Positions 61,230-64,000 of a stretch of DNA of 64,000 nt are shown piece by piece. The stretch's first letter is position 1, and every line of letters begins with the position of its first letter. Origin of the DNA: Aureliella sp. (GTDB taxonomy: Bacteria; Planctomycetota; Planctomycetia; Pirellulales; Pirellulaceae); assembly GCA_963691875.1 (NCBI GenBank), contig OY829846.1:2080001-2144000 (forward strand). The letters are read 5' to 3'. A program made the position numbers and the translations under genes. A model generated the notes under the pieces. That model was not told the DNA's origin and did not search any database. It saw only the letters and a program-made list of their open reading frames with translations.

Positions 61230-61782
61230 TTACTTGTCGGGTTTCTTTTCGATTCGTTCCAGCACAGCCAGCATCTTTTTGAAAACTTCTGGAAAGGAAG
61301 CCGCATTTGATGATACAACGGACGCTTGAGATTCGACTCGAGCAACATTCTCTTTCGAGCCAACAACCAAGTCTCATTGCTGAAGTACCGCTTCCTTGAA
61401 GGCGCGGCCGTCCTTGACGGCAGTGAGATAAATCAACGCTCCCACAGCGGACTGGCCAGCAGTATCACCGAAAGCGCTTCCACCTCGAAATACCGCATCA
61501 ATGGCCCTTGGACGACGCCCACATCAGTGATGCGATCGAGCGGAACCCCTTTCTCTCCTTTGGTCAAAATGCCTTTGGACACTCGCAAGCTACGGTTCGT
61601 CAGCGTTGCTTTGTGAGAATCCAGGTACATCTTGGAGAGAAATTTAGCTACGATGAACCAGATTGGTATCAGAGGAAACCCAATGATCAATGCGGTGACA
61701 ACTAGAACGAGACCGTGAAACGGTAGGTCGTAACGCGCTCGTTGAATTCAGCTTCCCCAATAACTTTTTATTCTTAATTCAT
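61230..61782 (-). pseudogene. Decayed bacterial PH-domain (YdbS/bPH_2-like) membrane protein
   Basis: MN*E*KVIGEAEFNERVTTY, shift, LIIGFPLIPIW...VPLDRITDVGVVQGPLMR...LSV, shift, TAGQSAVGALI...AVLQQ*D...LERIEKKPDK. Three stops and two frameshifts. Confidence 0.8.
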
Positions 61783-61840
61783 ATCGATTTTTTGCGGTGT
61801 TAAGTCGTAGGACTCATTCTCTGAGATTTGATGATCCCTA

Positions 61841-62140
61841 TCAGGTATAGCGAACAAGGAATAACCAATTCGCAAAAGACTCCGAAAGGAAGCACAGCAG
61901 GATCACAATACAGCCGCAAAGGAGAGTTAGAATCCAAGTCCGAGCGAGAAAGCTAGACAACCAACGAAATAGGTCGATTTTGCTCTGGTCATGAGGCGCT
62001 GCGAGCCCCAAAAGAAAACTAGCCGCGGGCACGCCGAACAGAGCGACGGGCAATGCAATCTTTGGAACAATCAACATTCCAGCAACGAGAGCGATGGCGT
62101 GAAGTAAAGCGAAAATCGCTGTCGTCTGACTTGTTTTCAT
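61841..62140 (-). CDS. Small hypothetical membrane protein
   Basis: About 99 aa with three hydrophobic segments. Confidence 0.55.
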   Translation of the reverse strand: MKTSQTTAIFALLHAIALVAGMLIVPKIALPVALFGVPAASFLLGLAAPHDQSKIDLFRWLSSFLARTWILTLLCGCIVILLCFLSESFANWLFLVRYT

Positions 62141-62169
62141 GGTGGATGCGCGGCTTCGCGCAACTAAGA

Positions 62170-63258
62170 TTACCGACGCAATGCCGCGATGCAACACTCT
62201 CTTCGATTGTAGGCAAGCTGACGAGCCTTTACTCGATTGAATCCCCAACTTTGAACTCGTGCCAAGTAAGAATCGATTTTTTCAGCGAGTTCGATCGAGG
62301 TGAGTTTCACGGTCAGCAGTAGGCCTTCAAACTGGCTGCTGGGGTAGGCCACGATATCTTCCACGGCGTCCAGGGTATAATTCGGTGCAACGTTTGCATC
62401 AGCAGCTAACCATTTAAATTTTGAGTAGCGTTTGCGTTTCACGGCCGAAGATTTGCTTCTCCAGTGCTCGAACTTTGGATGACCGAGTATTTCAGGATCC
62501 ATTTCTGCCGGATCAACGCCGCACACTCTTAAACCACACTCAAGCAGCCGTTGACTTGCTCCTCCAGGAGCACTGCCAATTTCCACGCACCAATCACCAT
62601 CCTGAATGGGTAACTCACTCCACGCCAAACCTTCGGCCATCTTCAAGTATGCTCGGCTGATCATATTCTCGGGCACCTCGACGGCGGCCACTCCACCTGG
62701 CCACCGAGTTTCTACGCCGTCTACGTGGTGAAAACCAAGCAGCCATTGATTGGGTTCCACCAAAATCACATCCAGTACCTTCGCCCCGTGGCGGAGTATC
62801 TCCGGCTCCAGCGTGCCTGCTCGAGGTAGCCGGTCCTGGAATTTTTGGGTGATGATTTCGCTAATTTCTGACTCACCGGGCTCAAAGGACCGTTCGCCTG
62901 GCAGATGTGAATCCCGCTGGAAAACATGAACAGCCTCAAAGTCCTCGCCAACCAGTTCAAGGGATTGCTCTGCAAGCTGATCTGCATGCGTACCACGGAC
63001 TTGCCCAAGCCCGATTCCTGCCTGCCGGATGAGTAAATGCTTGGGCAGAGTTGGGAATCGGAGGTACGATCCCTTCTGCGATGGCGTCTCAGTCTTAAAC
63101 GTCAGGAGACCCGGGCGAGAAAATGCTAGGCGAAACCGACTTTCCGGGCCCAAGAAATGGCGTTTCAAGAGTGCCTCGGCCCCATGCTGGCAAACAAGGA
63201 AAACGAACCGGGAGTCAGCGGCGGGCGAGGTAACCGGATTTGCGGGCTCAGAAGCCAT
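62170..63258 (-). CDS. RlmM/FtsJ-like SAM-dependent RNA methyltransferase
   Basis: SRAYLKMAEG, VEIGSAPGGAS, VDPAEMD and TVKL motifs. Start placed near MASEPAN. Confidence 0.82.
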   Translation of the reverse strand: MASEPANPVTSPAADSRFVFLVCQHGAEALLKRHFLGPESRFRLAFSRPGLLTFKTETPSQKGSYLRFPTLPKHLLIRQAGIGLGQVRGTHADQLAEQSLELVGEDFEAVHVFQRDSHLPGERSFEPGESEISEIITQKFQDRLPRAGTLEPEILRHGAKVLDVILVEPNQWLLGFHHVDGVETRWPGGVAAVEVPENMISRAYLKMAEGLAWSELPIQDGDWCVEIGSAPGGASQRLLECGLRVCGVDPAEMDPEILGHPKFEHWRSKSSAVKRKRYSKFKWLAADANVAPNYTLDAVEDIVAYPSSQFEGLLLTVKLTSIELAEKIDSYLARVQSWGFNRVKARQLAYNRRECCIAALRR

Positions 63259-63417
63259 TCCTCTAGTATCGTTAGGGGTGACGTTGAAACTGCCCATGAC
63301 GTATAAATAATAGGTGCTGCGGGTTTGCGGCTGCCAAGAATACCACGCTTTCAAGTTTTTTTGGGAGCAATCTTGGCAAAATGGTTTATTGAAAATCTGG
63401 ATACACTCGGGGAACGT

Positions 63418-63639
63418 ATGGCGAAAAAAGAAGAAGCCTTTGAAGTGGAAGGCACCGTCACTCAGGCGCTGGCCAACACTCGGTTTCGAGTTCAACTCGA
63501 TACAGGAACCGAAGTCTTGGCACACGTAGCGGGGCGGATGAGAAAGAATTTCATTCGTATCGTGCCTGGAGACAAAGTACGAGTTGAGCTTTCTCCCTAC
63601 GACTTGACGAAAGGGCGGATTACCTTCCGCGAGCGATAA
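63418..63639 (+). CDS. infA: Translation initiation factor IF-1
   Basis: [25 protein letters not shown]...[26 protein letters not shown]. Confidence 0.98.
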   Translation: MAKKEEAFEVEGTVTQALANTRFRVQLDTGTEVLAHVAGRMRKNFIRIVPGDKVRVELSPYDLTKGRITFRER

Positions 63640-64000
63640 ACATCTGGATGTTTGACGCCAGTGCCCAGCCTCACTTCGCTTGGGGCGAAATCTTGCAAGC
63701 CCGGATGTTCGATAGTCGCATCGTGAAATAATTCTAGTCTCGCGAGTCCTTCTGTAGCTTGCTTCCTCCGAACCTTTGCTTTGGTGGGCAAGAATACGTT
63801 CTTTGCCCGCCAAATTCGAGAAGCGGCTATCGCTTGCGTTCCCTCTGGCGTGCGTGAGCCTGCCTTACAACATCTTCAGGCTGCCGCTTCCTACCCTACA
63901 CAGCGGGACTCCGAAGGGTTAGCTTAGGGAGCAGCGTGGGTGCCGGAACAGTCGTCTTCTGCCCCACTTGCTAGTGGATGATTCTATTTCGCTCGAACTG

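Noticed and set aside
63259..63813. N-terminal extension of the methyltransferase ORF antisense over infA
   Set aside because: Most simply an open antisense shadow of infA; methyltransferase-like sequence begins near 63258.

Overview
This 64 kb window looks like a Planctomycetota (Pirellulaceae-like) chromosome. That is inferred from the DUF1501/DUF1549-DUF1553 pairs, DUF1559, ECF sigma/Ser-Thr kinase genes, a sulfatase and GTAG-type REP repeats. Intact housekeeping genes include rpmA, obgE, coaX, pyrE, dnaG, rpoD, glpK, glpD and infA, plus a GH57 gene missed by the ORF track because it runs off the left edge. Main observations: (1) a stand-alone unit at 43.2-44.0 kb with a sigma70-like promoter, a ~390 nt densely base-paired RNA I cannot assign to a known family, a 75-aa ORF and an intrinsic terminator; (2) two tandem membrane-associated dynamin-like GTPases in the obgE-coaX-...-mnmE-like-Trm112-like cluster; (3) at least four decaying accessory genes that the ORF track fragments or misses (a 4.4 kb kinase, a membrane protein, an ankyrin-repeat protein, a bacterial PH-domain protein); (4) several REP/MITE-like repeat families, some bracketing single genes. 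No tRNA, rRNA, CRISPR array or transposase was recognised. All calls come from reading motifs by eye; no database searches or folding programs were run.
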